Shown here piece after piece: positions 10,315-20,324 of a DNA stretch of 64,000 bases (its first letter is position 1; the number at the start of each line of letters is the position of its first letter). The notes below the pieces were generated by a model. It made no database searches. It was given only the letters and a program-made list of their open reading frames with translations, and was not told the DNA's origin. The DNA comes from a virus. Location: IMG/VR virus record IMGVR_UViG_3300028042_000004. One strand, written 5' to 3'. A program made the translations under genes and the position numbers.

Positions 10315-10941
10315 ATGACAAAAAAAAGTAAATTAAGTTTTGAAAAGATTCTAAAGTCTGGAAGATCAATAGATTTACCAGAAGGAATGCATGAAAACAT
10401 GTATTTAGCTAGTGTCGATAAGGGTGAAGAAAAAAACAGTCTTGGAGTTGAAAACAAGAAACACCTTTATATCAAATTTAATAAGGAAGGAAAAGATGGA
10501 AATATCGAAGGAAACTTTAATCTATCTTTCTTCAAATTGGATCCAGATAGAGATAGCGCTCTTTTTGCCTTAGGGAAATTCCTTAAGAAAATTAAAGAGG
10601 TTGCTATGCTTTACTACACAGAAGAAGAATTTTATAAGAAGTTCGATCCTATGCAGTCCTTATTAAAAGAAGAAGAAGAAGTAGATTCAAAAGACTTCAT
10701 GTATAATAACATTAAGAAAACTAGATTTGTTCACACATCTAATTTCTCTGTTGTTGAAAAAGAAGCTGCTATTCTTGCTGAGAAGCTATTAGAAAAGCAG
10801 ATTGGTGAAGAAGGGGCCCGTCTAAGGATCAGGCTTGAAAAGAATATAAAGACTAATTATGTGGAGATTCCACGTTATAATGACTTTGTAGAGTTAATGA
10901 GTGTTACTAAGAAAGACTCAGTATTGTATAACGCTAAATAA
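10315..10941 (+). CDS. hypothetical protein, paralog of the downstream SSB-like protein
   Basis: Aligns by eye with the next ORF (IDLPEG/IRLPFG; KHLYIKF/KNCFLTF; SFFKLD/SYFNFE; YVEIPR/FVDLPR). Confidence 0.55.
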   Translation: MTKKSKLSFEKILKSGRSIDLPEGMHENMYLASVDKGEEKNSLGVENKKHLYIKFNKEGKDGNIEGNFNLSFFKLDPDRDSALFALGKFLKKIKEVAMLYYTEEEFYKKFDPMQSLLKEEEEVDSKDFMYNNIKKTRFVHTSNFSVVEKEAAILAEKLLEKQIGEEGARLRIRLEKNIKTNYVEIPRYNDFVELMSVTKKDSVLYNAK

Positions 10942-10948
10942 GAAAGAG

Positions 10949-11671
10949 ATGAAGATAAATTTAACTAAAGTATTTTTAGATTCTATGCCAGTGGACATAA
11001 GACTTCCATTCGGAGTAGTAAAAAATGTAAGATTAACTGAGATCTCTAATGAGCCTAGAACAGATAGAAAAGGACAGCCAATTAAAAAGAACTGTTTCTT
11101 AACTTTTGCTCAATATAATGGTGAAGGCAAAATTATAGCTGAATCAACCTTCAGTTATTTCAATTTTGAAAAGCCTGATTATGCAAGAGATAATTTTAGT
11201 CACCAGTTAATTCAATTGACTGAGATATTAACCTACTGTATGCCTAAAGATGTATCTGACGATATCGTTGAAAAGGTTGGAGAGTATGTTAATGAAAATA
11301 TTGAAGACTACGATAAGATTTTCTCTAAGACTATCAAAAATGCTGATATTCCTTTTGTAACTGATACTATGACCGCATTAGTGGATTATATCATCAGTAT
11401 AAGTAATGAGCATATTAGTGACGGGGAGCTTATCCAACTAATGTTAGGATGTGATAAGACTGGTAAATTCGTTGATCTTCCTCGTGAGGACTCTGGATTT
11501 ATAGCTGCTAATGGTGCGAAAGCATTACGTGTACCTGCTAAGTATGTGAATTGGAGAGCTAAGAAAGATATCCCTCAAACGGATAGCCCTGACTTAGTTG
11601 AAGAAGATGCCATGGTGATGGATAGTTCAGATGTACTTGCTGATGCATCTGATGATTTAGAAGGTATATAA
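10949..11671 (+). CDS. putative ssDNA-binding protein with acidic C-terminal tail
   Basis: Start at ATG 10949 avoids overlap (ORF track starts at 10901); acidic tail DLVEEDAMVMDSSDVLADASDDLEGI; lies between RecT-like and primase genes. Confidence 0.5.
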   Translation: MKINLTKVFLDSMPVDIRLPFGVVKNVRLTEISNEPRTDRKGQPIKKNCFLTFAQYNGEGKIIAESTFSYFNFEKPDYARDNFSHQLIQLTEILTYCMPKDVSDDIVEKVGEYVNENIEDYDKIFSKTIKNADIPFVTDTMTALVDYIISISNEHISDGELIQLMLGCDKTGKFVDLPREDSGFIAANGAKALRVPAKYVNWRAKKDIPQTDSPDLVEEDAMVMDSSDVLADASDDLEGI

Positions 11672-12735
11672 TGAACTTGACTAGAGTATTCCTTGACAGT
11701 TTTAAGTCATTGAGTGATACTCTATTTGAACACATTAGTTCTTATGATATATATTGCAATCTTATAGGAAGAGAAGTGAAGATAGGTGAGACTATATTGA
11801 GTCCGATACGACGAGATAATACTCCCACCTTTGTTCTCTTCATCCCTGAAGACAAAGACGAGATATTCTTTAAAGATTTTGCCTGGGTGGGTGGAAATGT
11901 TTTTAAGTTTGTCCGTCTTTATGCTTTATATCAAGAAGGAGTAATCATTAAATCTAGATATGATATTGTAGCTTATATTGATAAGAAGCTTGGATTAGGT
12001 ATCTTTGATGAGGCTAATAAAGGCAACAAAGAGCTTATAAATATCAAAATAGACGAGAAGTTTTTCGCAGCAAAAAGAGTAATCAAGTTTAAATCAAGAG
12101 ATTTTACTGAAAGAGATATTATTTATTGGGAAAATTACCATATTGGTACTGATATCCTTACTGAATATGATGTAAGGTCAGTACACAAATTATTGAATGA
12201 CAATAATGAAGTAATATATACTGTTTCACGATCTACATTAACCTTTGCATATGTTATGTTTAATAAGGTTAAGCTCTACAGGCCAGAAGAAGTACCAGAA
12301 TTTAAGTGGAGAAACACTTGTCCTGGACACTATCTACAAGGGCTTGAACAGATCAAAAAACGTGGATTTAAGAATAGAAAACTTATTATAACAAAATCAT
12401 TAAAGGATATTATGGTATTTCATAAATTCTTAGGGGATGAATATGATATCATAGCACCTCACTCAGAAACCTATATATTCAGTGATGTTGAGATAGAGTG
12501 GATGAAAAGGCATTATGATGAGGCCTATATCATTTTTGACTATGATGCTGCTGGTGTAACTGGTGCAAATAGATTAAGAAAGAAAGATAAACAATATTTC
12601 AAGGTTTTATTCGTTTCTACTAATAGAATGAGGATAAATGGGAAAGTGAAGGTTATCGATAAAGATATATCTGACTTTGCATTTAGAAGAACTGAAAAGG
12701 ATATTAGAGAACGACTAACTTATATGGGATTATGA
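11671..12735 (+). CDS. dnaG: DNA primase (TOPRIM)
   Basis: SPIRRDNTPTF and FKDF N-terminal motifs, TOPRIM IITKSLKDIM and IFDYDAAG (DxD), KDISD. Confidence 0.8.
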   Translation: MNLTRVFLDSFKSLSDTLFEHISSYDIYCNLIGREVKIGETILSPIRRDNTPTFVLFIPEDKDEIFFKDFAWVGGNVFKFVRLYALYQEGVIIKSRYDIVAYIDKKLGLGIFDEANKGNKELINIKIDEKFFAAKRVIKFKSRDFTERDIIYWENYHIGTDILTEYDVRSVHKLLNDNNEVIYTVSRSTLTFAYVMFNKVKLYRPEEVPEFKWRNTCPGHYLQGLEQIKKRGFKNRKLIITKSLKDIMVFHKFLGDEYDIIAPHSETYIFSDVEIEWMKRHYDEAYIIFDYDAAGVTGANRLRKKDKQYFKVLFVSTNRMRINGKVKVIDKDISDFAFRRTEKDIRERLTYMGL

Positions 12736-12944
12736 CAGATTTTGATTTAATAAACAGTACGCTTGACGACCTACTTGAAAAATACGAGAACGATAGACCT
12801 ATGTTTATCAAGACTTACCCGTCATTACCAATAGAGATTTATAAAAGAATAGAGAAATTATCAAACCAGAGACTGATAGCTAACTTGGACCTGTGTGACA
12901 AAGCTAAAAAGGTCTCTGATTTGTTTCATAAAAGTATAAAATGA
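12732..12944 (+). CDS. hypothetical protein
   Basis: 70-aa ORF with ATGA overlap to primase. Confidence 0.5.
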   Translation: MTDFDLINSTLDDLLEKYENDRPMFIKTYPSLPIEIYKRIEKLSNQRLIANLDLCDKAKKVSDLFHKSIK

Positions 12945-12945
12945 T

Positions 12946-13425
12946 ATGATTGATAACCCATTAGCAGATCTTCCACCATTAAGAGTGAGGGGATTTGACA
13001 AGACAAAGAGCAACAGTGGTGCTCCAATACCAGCAAGGGCTACGAATGGCTCCGCTGGATACGATTTTGAATTACAACATGATTTAGAGATAATTCCTGG
13101 CAAACATAGTATAGCTACCCCACTAGGGATAAAAGCGTATATGTGCAAAGGAGAAGTTCTAAAACTATATATAAGAAGTTCGCTTGGATTTAAGCATGGA
13201 CTAGTTCTTAGTAATTCTACAGGAATAATTGATGCTGATTATTTTGATAACAAAGCTAACGAAGGAGAGATCTTTGTTAAGCTATATAACTCTGGAGAAA
13301 AGTCTATTATATTGAAAGCTGGGACACGTGTGATTCAAGGTATATTTGAACAAACACTTCCTGCCGATACTAGCTTTTTTGTAGGTATAGAAAGAGGCGG
13401 CGGACTTGGTTCAACAGGAGAATGA
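12946..13425 (+). CDS. dut: trimeric dUTPase
   Basis: GSAGYDF, IRSSLG, GIIDADY, RVIQGIF, RGGGLGSTG (motifs I-V). Confidence 0.96.
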   Translation: MIDNPLADLPPLRVRGFDKTKSNSGAPIPARATNGSAGYDFELQHDLEIIPGKHSIATPLGIKAYMCKGEVLKLYIRSSLGFKHGLVLSNSTGIIDADYFDNKANEGEIFVKLYNSGEKSIILKAGTRVIQGIFEQTLPADTSFFVGIERGGGLGSTGE

Positions 13426-13634
13426 CAACTCAAAAACTAATAAAAAGACTGGAAAAGAAGGGATACCCTCTTTGGAAGATTCATTCGATTCTTTCATTAT
13501 ATGGGGTTGAACTTCGCCCAGTAATAGATATTAATCAAGTAGAAGCTTTGTGTGATGCTATAGGGTATCAGCAAAGACTCCATGATGCAAGTGTATATAT
13601 TGATGAACTTGATGATTGGGATAAAATTAAATAA
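13422..13634 (+). CDS. hypothetical protein
   Basis: 70-aa ORF with ATGA overlap to dut. Confidence 0.5.
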   Translation: MTTQKLIKRLEKKGYPLWKIHSILSLYGVELRPVIDINQVEALCDAIGYQQRLHDASVYIDELDDWDKIK

Positions 13635-13636
13635 TT

Positions 13637-13834
13637 ATGGATTTAAAAATAATAGAAAGCCCTGGTGTAAAGACAGGAGATGCAGTAATTATGTTAGCAC
13701 CAGCTGACTTTGTTGCATATAAAGAGTATTTAGAAAAAAGAAAAGAGATAGAAAAAAATCTTGGGGTATTGGGGAATATCACTAATTTATTAGAGGACTC
13801 TTTTTTCAAAAATGAAGTTGAACAAAAAAAATAA
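13637..13834 (+). CDS. hypothetical protein
   Basis: 65-aa ORF tightly spaced in the operon. Confidence 0.5.
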   Translation: MDLKIIESPGVKTGDAVIMLAPADFVAYKEYLEKRKEIEKNLGVLGNITNLLEDSFFKNEVEQKK

Positions 13835-13836
13835 GT

Positions 13837-15387
13837 ATGAATGTAATTAAATTTTTAAGGGATTTTATTGACATGAACCCTGATGTCAAAAGTGCTAAAC
13901 TAGCCCGTTGGGTGGGTGATAATTACCCAGATTTCCCGTATACATCCAGCTCTACCGAAAGGATGCTGCAACGTATTAAAAAAGGAGATGATGGCTTTTT
14001 AAGAAGTAAAAAAGATATAGATTTAGATGAATTTCCATTAGTGGATATATCAAGTGGAAATACTGTACCACAGGAAGATAATATAGATATTAATGATATT
14101 GATGTTATTGTTGAGGAAGAGGAAATGAAGCTTGAGGCTGGTGGTACTTCCTATACCTATGATAAGGGTATATATGTACTTGGTGGTGAGTTACACGTGT
14201 CAGGAGAGCTTATTAGTAAGTTGTTTACTGATTATCCTAGAAAGGGATTAAACCTCTCTAGAACGGCTCTAATCAACAAATATGATCTTGGTAAATTAGG
14301 TGAGAACGGACCGAGCGTCCTTGGTACAATCCAACGCAAACTAGGCCTTTATAAGGACTCTAATATTGTAGCTCCTCACCTATTTGCTGAGCTTACTCCA
14401 GAAGAACTTGATTCTTATATGGACTCTCAACTTGATACAGTAATCAATAACCCTGAGTATATTGAAAAGAAGTATCATAACAGAGTAATGGCTAATTATA
14501 GAAATGTAATTAATCAGGCTTCGTTAAAGGAAATTGAGTTCTATAATAAGATTGAAGAGATAGCTAAAACGTTTAATACAGTAGACAGAAAAATAAGTCT
14601 ATCACATACTGTCACAGGTAGTGATAAAACTTGTGTGGTTACTATTGCTGACGTGCATGCTGGGGCCTCTGTAAAAGATGTACAGCGTACTCATGATTTT
14701 AATTCTGAGACAATTAGAAAAAGATTAGGCGCTATTGCTGATGCAGTTAATGAAGGAGGATATAGTAATGTAAATATTGCTATTATGGGAGATATGTTTC
14801 AAGGATCTGCTTTTAATCATATTGGTGCTGGTAATACTATTGCTGAGCAATATGCTGAGCAATTCAAATTAGCTTATGAGTTAATGGTTGAATTTTTAAG
14901 TAAAGTCCATAATATTAGTGCTATCTATGCTGTTGGTGGAAACCATGATAGAGGTAGTTCTGATAACAGACAAGATCAGAAATCAAGTATGTTGGATATC
15001 CTTGTATTTATGTTATCTAAAATTATTAAGATGCCTATTGAATTTCATCATGATACAATATCTTTTGTAGCTGATGGTGTGTGCTATATTTTACAGCATG
15101 GACATTTCAATTACCATAAGAAAAATGCAGCTGATATTATACTAGACCATGGGAAACCTGAGATGTTTAATATGATTTTAAGAGGGCATTTGCACAGTTT
15201 ACAGGTAGCTAATAATGATGACCGTAGAAACTACAGAAGAATCGTAGTTCCATCTATATATACTGGGGAGGACTATTCTTCTACAGGAGGATGGAGCAAC
15301 AATGCTGGGTTCACTATATTTGAAACTACTAATCTTGGTTCTCTTGCTAAAAAGGCTCCTAAAATGATTGTTGAATCATTACAATAA
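13837..15387 (+). CDS. calcineurin-like metallophosphoesterase with long N-terminal extension
   Basis: IADVH, MGDMF, GGNHD, QHGH, RGHLH metal-binding motifs in the C-terminal half. Confidence 0.85.
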   Translation: MNVIKFLRDFIDMNPDVKSAKLARWVGDNYPDFPYTSSSTERMLQRIKKGDDGFLRSKKDIDLDEFPLVDISSGNTVPQEDNIDINDIDVIVEEEEMKLEAGGTSYTYDKGIYVLGGELHVSGELISKLFTDYPRKGLNLSRTALINKYDLGKLGENGPSVLGTIQRKLGLYKDSNIVAPHLFAELTPEELDSYMDSQLDTVINNPEYIEKKYHNRVMANYRNVINQASLKEIEFYNKIEEIAKTFNTVDRKISLSHTVTGSDKTCVVTIADVHAGASVKDVQRTHDFNSETIRKRLGAIADAVNEGGYSNVNIAIMGDMFQGSAFNHIGAGNTIAEQYAEQFKLAYELMVEFLSKVHNISAIYAVGGNHDRGSSDNRQDQKSSMLDILVFMLSKIIKMPIEFHHDTISFVADGVCYILQHGHFNYHKKNAADIILDHGKPEMFNMILRGHLHSLQVANNDDRRNYRRIVVPSIYTGEDYSSTGGWSNNAGFTIFETTNLGSLAKKAPKMIVESLQ

Positions 15388-15437
15388 TATTAATGTTTAT
15401 ACGTTTAAATAATACGTGTAATTAAAATACGATTTAT

Positions 15438-15863
15438 ATGAGAGAATTTAAAGTAACAGAGAAAGATGTAAACAGTACAATTGTTGCGGAACAGTACACT
15501 AAATTAGGCTATAAGACAACAATATGTGTCCTTGTACTTAATAGTGGATTTGAGGTAGTAGGAAGCTCTGCCCCAGTTGATCCTGCAATATATGATTTTG
15601 AAACTGGTAAGAAATTTGCCAGAGAAAAGGCTGTGGAGAAAGTATGGGAATACCTAGGGAGCATAGTTAGCTATGAAAAAGCTATCCATGACGCCCAACA
15701 AGATGAGAAAAGGAGACATGAAGAAGCTTTAAAAGCAGAAGCAGAGGCCTTTGCTAAAACTAAGGTGGATGAAATGGCTAATGAGAGTCATGAAGTGCCG
15801 CCACCTCCACATATGGAAATTATAAAGCCAGATGTAGTTGAGGTATTGGATACTAAAGCTTAG
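15438..15863 (+). CDS. N4 Gp49 / Sf6 gp66 family protein
   Basis: TICVLVLNSGFEVVGSSAPVDPAIYDFETGKKFAREKAVEKVWEYLG matches the family pattern. Confidence 0.8.
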   Translation: MREFKVTEKDVNSTIVAEQYTKLGYKTTICVLVLNSGFEVVGSSAPVDPAIYDFETGKKFAREKAVEKVWEYLGSIVSYEKAIHDAQQDEKRRHEEALKAEAEAFAKTKVDEMANESHEVPPPPHMEIIKPDVVEVLDTKA

Positions 15864-15882
15864 TTTATAAATAATTGATTAT

Positions 15883-15912
15883 AAGGCCTCTAAGAAATTA
15901 GGGGCTTTTGTT
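15883..15912 (+). terminator. Rho-independent terminator
   Basis: AAGGCCTCTAA-GAAA-TTAGGGGCTTT stem with GNRA loop and T-rich tail, between the Gp49-like gene and nrdJ. Confidence 0.8.
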
Positions 15913-15931
15913 GTAAATAAAAATAATAATA

Positions 15932-18595
15932 ATGAAAGAAAGTAAAGAGAAAATTAAAAAGAAAAGTTCTTTGAACGATTTTTTCAGTGAGGCTGATCTT
16001 ACCATGTTTGCTAATGATAAAATACCTGGTAAGAATATAGTAGATCTGTTAAAATATTTCAATGGGGACTCTCTTGCTGCTGTTGTATGGTATCAGAAGT
16101 ACGCCGACACTAAGAACGGTGAGGTACATCCTGATGAGATGCATATAAGAATGGCAAATGCCTTCTTCGAGGTAGAAAATAGATATAATATCTCCGATAA
16201 GGCTTTCGCTAAGAAGTATAAAAAAGAGGTTGATGAACATTTAAGTGATTATGGTCAAATTAGAGACCCTCTTACAGAGGAAGATATATTTGCTTCATTC
16301 TATAATTTTGAGCATGTGATACCGCAAGGTAGTATAATGTCTCAATTAGGGGTTAGCTCTATAGGCTCTCTGTCTAATTGTTTTGTTACTGCGTCGCCTG
16401 AAGATAGTTATGGAGGAATTTTTAAGACTGACCAGACACTGGCACAAGTTGCTAAGCGTAGAGGAGGAGTAGGAGTAGAGATTTCTACACTAAGGCCTGC
16501 AGGGTCCGTCACATCTAATGTAGCTAAAACGTCAACTGGAGCTGTAAGCTTTATGCCAAGGTTTAGTAATACAATTAGAGAAGTAGCGCAAGGAGGCCGC
16601 CGTGGAGCATTAATGATTACCATGGATATAGCTCACCCTGATATACAGGAGTTTATCACAGTGAAACAAGATTTGACTAAAGTTACTGGGGCTAATATCT
16701 CAGTGAAAGTTAGTGATGACTTTATGAAAGCTGTTGAAAGTAATAAAGAATATTGTCTTAGATGGCCGATCGATTCTAGACCTATCACAAGGATGGAGGA
16801 AGATCTTAATGTATTAATAGAAAGAAAAGGAAAATATTATAAATTTGTGAACGCTAAAGATGTTTGGGATAGTCTAATAAAGGCTGCACATACATCAGCT
16901 GAACCAGGTATATTATTCTGGAGCAGAATGACACTTAACAGCCCAGACGGGTTTTATAAGCAATTTGCACCTATCTCTACTAATCCATGTGGAGAAATTC
17001 CATTACCTGCTGGAGATAGTTGTAGACTGATAGCACTTAATCTTACAGGATTTATAGAAAATAGATTCAAAGATAATACTAAATTTAATTTTGATAAGTT
17101 CTATGATGTCACTTATGACGCTATGAGACTTAGTGATGATTTAGTAGATCTTGAAATAGAGGCCGTTGATACTATTCTAAATAAGATTAAGTCTGATCCT
17201 GAAAATATAGGAATTAAACAGGTTGAGCTTGATTTTTGGGAAAATGCTAAGAAGATGGGAAAAGAGGGCAGACGTACAGGACTTGGTTTTACAGGTATTG
17301 GGGATACTGCGGCACTGCTTGGTCTTAAATATGGATCACCAAAGTTTCTTGAGTTTGAGGAAAGGATGATGAAAATAAAGATGACAGCAGAGCTTGATGC
17401 TAGTATTGATATGGCTATTACAAGGGGCCCCTTTATTGGATGGGATCCAGAAACTGAGTTTATTGAGATAGATGGAAAGCTTATTGGTATGAATCATTAT
17501 TACCAATTTATAATAGATGAATTTCCTGAGCAAGCGGCACGTATGTTTAAATTTGGACGACGTAATATAAGCTTCTCTACAGTTGCTCCTACTGGATCGC
17601 TGAGTATGCTAGCCCAGATAACTTCTGGAATTGAGCCTCTATTCAAGCCTTTCTTCAAACGCCGTAAGAAAATTATGGGGAATGAAGAAGTTAAAGCTGA
17701 TTTTGTTGATAAGAATGGGGATAGATGGACTGAGCATATAGTTGTTCATGAGCAATTTAAACAGTGGATATTTAAAAATACATCACTTAGTAAGAACAGC
17801 TCTACATGGACTGATGAAATGATGGAGAAAGCATTTAAAGATTCTCCATGGTTTGGTGCAACTGCTGAGGAAATCAGTTGGGAAGATAGAATTAAAGTAC
17901 AAGCTGTAGCTCAGAAGTACACGAGTCACTCTATATCTAGTACCATTAATTTACCAAAAGGTACTAAGCTTAAGGAGATTAATGATATCTATATGGCAGC
18001 GTGGAAAGCTGATCTTAAAGGTGTTACCGTTTATGTTGATGGGTCAAGGGACGGAGTACTTGTTAATAAGGATACAAGTAGCACATCCGATACATTTGCA
18101 TACAAGGAGTCACTGAAGAGACCTGAGGAGGTTAGAAGTGTAGCACATACTACGCAAGTTGGGCCCGACAAGTTCAGCGCATTCGTTGGACTTATAAATG
18201 GTCTCCCCTATGAGATATTCGCATATAAAGGTGGTACTAAAGAGGGAGAAGGTATGATGATTAAAGTTGGTAAAGGCGATTATCAGTTTGTTGGAGAAGG
18301 TGATGATAGTAGACGTAGAGTTATTACTGGTAAAATGACTGATGAACAAGAGATTATTACTAGGCTATTAAGTGGGTCACTTAGACATGGTAGAGATATC
18401 GTATTCTTAGTTGATGATTTACTTAAGACTAGTGGTGATATGTTTGGTTTTAATAGTGCATTAGCCAGAGTGTTAAAGCTTTATATACCAGACGGTACAA
18501 AAGGTGCTAACAAATGTCCTGAATGTGGCGATGATAGCATGGTTTATGAAGAAAATTGCTTACACTGCACAAGTTGTGGTTATAGCGCCTGCTAA
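15932..18595 (+). CDS. nrdJ: class II (adenosylcobalamin-dependent) ribonucleotide reductase
   Basis: PQGS, SLSNCFV, RRGALM, TNPCGEIPL, APTGSLS, ISSTIN, KGVTVYVDGSR; C-terminal Zn ribbon CPECG...CLHCTSCGYSAC; no class I beta subunit in the window. Confidence 0.9.
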   Translation: MKESKEKIKKKSSLNDFFSEADLTMFANDKIPGKNIVDLLKYFNGDSLAAVVWYQKYADTKNGEVHPDEMHIRMANAFFEVENRYNISDKAFAKKYKKEVDEHLSDYGQIRDPLTEEDIFASFYNFEHVIPQGSIMSQLGVSSIGSLSNCFVTASPEDSYGGIFKTDQTLAQVAKRRGGVGVEISTLRPAGSVTSNVAKTSTGAVSFMPRFSNTIREVAQGGRRGALMITMDIAHPDIQEFITVKQDLTKVTGANISVKVSDDFMKAVESNKEYCLRWPIDSRPITRMEEDLNVLIERKGKYYKFVNAKDVWDSLIKAAHTSAEPGILFWSRMTLNSPDGFYKQFAPISTNPCGEIPLPAGDSCRLIALNLTGFIENRFKDNTKFNFDKFYDVTYDAMRLSDDLVDLEIEAVDTILNKIKSDPENIGIKQVELDFWENAKKMGKEGRRTGLGFTGIGDTAALLGLKYGSPKFLEFEERMMKIKMTAELDASIDMAITRGPFIGWDPETEFIEIDGKLIGMNHYYQFIIDEFPEQAARMFKFGRRNISFSTVAPTGSLSMLAQITSGIEPLFKPFFKRRKKIMGNEEVKADFVDKNGDRWTEHIVVHEQFKQWIFKNTSLSKNSSTWTDEMMEKAFKDSPWFGATAEEISWEDRIKVQAVAQKYTSHSISSTINLPKGTKLKEINDIYMAAWKADLKGVTVYVDGSRDGVLVNKDTSSTSDTFAYKESLKRPEEVRSVAHTTQVGPDKFSAFVGLINGLPYEIFAYKGGTKEGEGMMIKVGKGDYQFVGEGDDSRRRVITGKMTDEQEIITRLLSGSLRHGRDIVFLVDDLLKTSGDMFGFNSALARVLKLYIPDGTKGANKCPECGDDSMVYEENCLHCTSCGYSAC

Positions 18596-19191
18596 TGATT
18601 ACTAAGAATACAGTATTTACACTCACAATCCCTAAATGGGAAAATAGAGTTCCAGTTGGTATAGTTACTCCTCAATATTATAAAAAGGGGAGTAAGTTAC
18701 CTGCTAAACACAAAGGAGCCAAGCTTAAAAAGTTTGGTAGATCCTCTTTCTATATAAATAGAGGAGGTAAGAAAATTGTGAAGAACGCTAAGACAGCTGG
18801 GAAAGCTAAATACTGGAACCTTAATGGTCAACAGTTTTATAGTACAAACATTCACTGGTCTACACGATCAACTATTATGAATTTCTACCATAATTACTTT
18901 ACGAAGTATATTAAGAAGCAATTCAAGAAGCAGTTTCCTACATTCATATCTCATACCCTTGAGATGGATATAGAGATACATGAGATATTCAGTAATAAAA
19001 CACCAGACATAACTAATATGTGGCTGTTGACTAAATTATTTGAGGACTCTATGGTAAAGGCTGGTATTCTAGTTGATGATAGCCCAGAGTACAGAAGGAA
19101 AACAAGTTACAAATATGTCTTCGTTGAAAAAGAGGAAGATAGGAAATTAATAATAAGATTCAGTTATGATAAGGATGATAAAACTACATGA
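18595..19191 (+). CDS. rusA: RusA-like Holliday junction resolvase
   Basis: TPDITN...FEDSMVKAGILVDDS pattern of conserved RusA aspartates; basic N-terminal extension. Confidence 0.65.
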   Translation: MITKNTVFTLTIPKWENRVPVGIVTPQYYKKGSKLPAKHKGAKLKKFGRSSFYINRGGKKIVKNAKTAGKAKYWNLNGQQFYSTNIHWSTRSTIMNFYHNYFTKYIKKQFKKQFPTFISHTLEMDIEIHEIFSNKTPDITNMWLLTKLFEDSMVKAGILVDDSPEYRRKTSYKYVFVEKEEDRKLIIRFSYDKDDKTT

Positions 19192-19534
19192 TAGGGATGT
19201 TGCCAAATTCATGACAAAGAATTTAAACAAAATATATAATATGAGTAAAGTAATTTACAGTAGTACGTTAGGTAAAGATGAAAATGACGTACAAAAAGAA
19301 GAAGATCTACAGGTATTAAAGGCTTGGGAGATTACAGTTAGAAAAGATATTATCAATACAAGTGAAAACCTTGATCAATTGACTAATATTTTATTGAGGC
19401 GAGATGACGTAGACGAGCAGCAAAATGCTATAGCTGCACATAAAGCGAAATATGCAAGAGAAAGACAAATAATCTTTTTAGATATTATTAGAAACAGAAT
19501 TGATTTTATATTAGACAGAATAACACATGTTTAA
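19166..19534 (+). CDS. hypothetical protein
   Basis: 122-aa ORF overlapping both neighbours. Confidence 0.55.
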   Translation: MIRMIKLHDRDVAKFMTKNLNKIYNMSKVIYSSTLGKDENDVQKEEDLQVLKAWEITVRKDIINTSENLDQLTNILLRRDDVDEQQNAIAAHKAKYARERQIIFLDIIRNRIDFILDRITHV

Positions 19535-19736
19535 AGAATATAATTTTATAGCTACTCAAAAGGGTATAAGTGGAGGGGAACTTGTTACATTAAGAATAAG
19601 TCCTATATCACTTATATTGCCTTTGGCTAGTGGTGAATATTCTGAAGGCGAGGAGTCGGGGATAATGGCTGACGTACTCCTTAGCTTTATTAAATCATTT
19701 AATAAGTCATACAAACTAGTTAAAATTACGCAATGA
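19527..19736 (+). CDS. hypothetical protein
   Basis: 69-aa ORF overlapping both neighbours. Confidence 0.45.
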   Translation: MFKEYNFIATQKGISGGELVTLRISPISLILPLASGEYSEGEESGIMADVLLSFIKSFNKSYKLVKITQ

Positions 19737-20266
19737 GAAAAGTTAACAAAGAGAAGAAGAAATTAGAGGTTACTAAAAAAGACCTATACTCTAATATAGA
19801 GGGAACACCTATGTACGAATTTAGTAGGATGGCCTATACAGAAATGTATGAATTTAGAATTAGAAAGTATCTCTATGAGACTGGGAAAATCAGTCCAAAA
19901 GGATTCTTATTTAATAAAGATGTATTAACACTTCCAGGACTTGCTATTAAAAACAAAGATGGGGAAGTTCTTATTGATTCACATATAACAGGATTATTTG
20001 CTAGATTTTCCTTATCTCAGGAAATTTTTAATAGTGGTAATGAGTTATTATCCCTATTAGTGGATACAGATGATGCATTATATGCAGTCATGACATCAAA
20101 ACAAGTAGACCAGGCCTCTAGTGAGGATGTGTTTAGTAATGAAGATGTTATAAAAGAAGTGAATAAAGCTTTTGATAGGTTATCTCATGTTCTATTGAAT
20201 TTTGAGATAAACAACTATATATTAGGTGATGAGGTATTAGATGAATTGTCTATGCCCAAAGTTTAA
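19733..20266 (+). CDS. hypothetical protein
   Basis: 177-aa ORF, last of the plus-strand module, followed by a terminator. Confidence 0.6.
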   Translation: MRKVNKEKKKLEVTKKDLYSNIEGTPMYEFSRMAYTEMYEFRIRKYLYETGKISPKGFLFNKDVLTLPGLAIKNKDGEVLIDSHITGLFARFSLSQEIFNSGNELLSLLVDTDDALYAVMTSKQVDQASSEDVFSNEDVIKEVNKAFDRLSHVLLNFEINNYILGDEVLDELSMPKV

Positions 20267-20278
20267 TAAGTAATTTAT

Positions 20279-20324
20279 AAATGCCCCTAGGTGTCTTAAT
20301 TGATGTCTAGGGGCATTTTTTTTT
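20279..20324. terminator. terminator between convergent modules, strong on plus and probably bidirectional
   Basis: AAATGCCCCTAGGTGTC-TTAATT-GATGTCTAGGGGCATTT long stem followed by a T run; sits at the strand switch. Confidence 0.85.

Noticed and set aside
10901-10948. ORF-track start at 10901 for the SSB-like gene
   Set aside because: Overlaps the previous gene by 41 nt; the ATG at 10949 follows the upstream stop closely, has an A-rich context and puts the shared NLTKVFLDS peptide at the N-terminus
5056-18595. Inteins or group I/II introns in polA, primase or nrdJ
   Set aside because: Motifs are colinear, lengths are ordinary, and no splice-junction or LAGLIDADG/HNH motifs were seen
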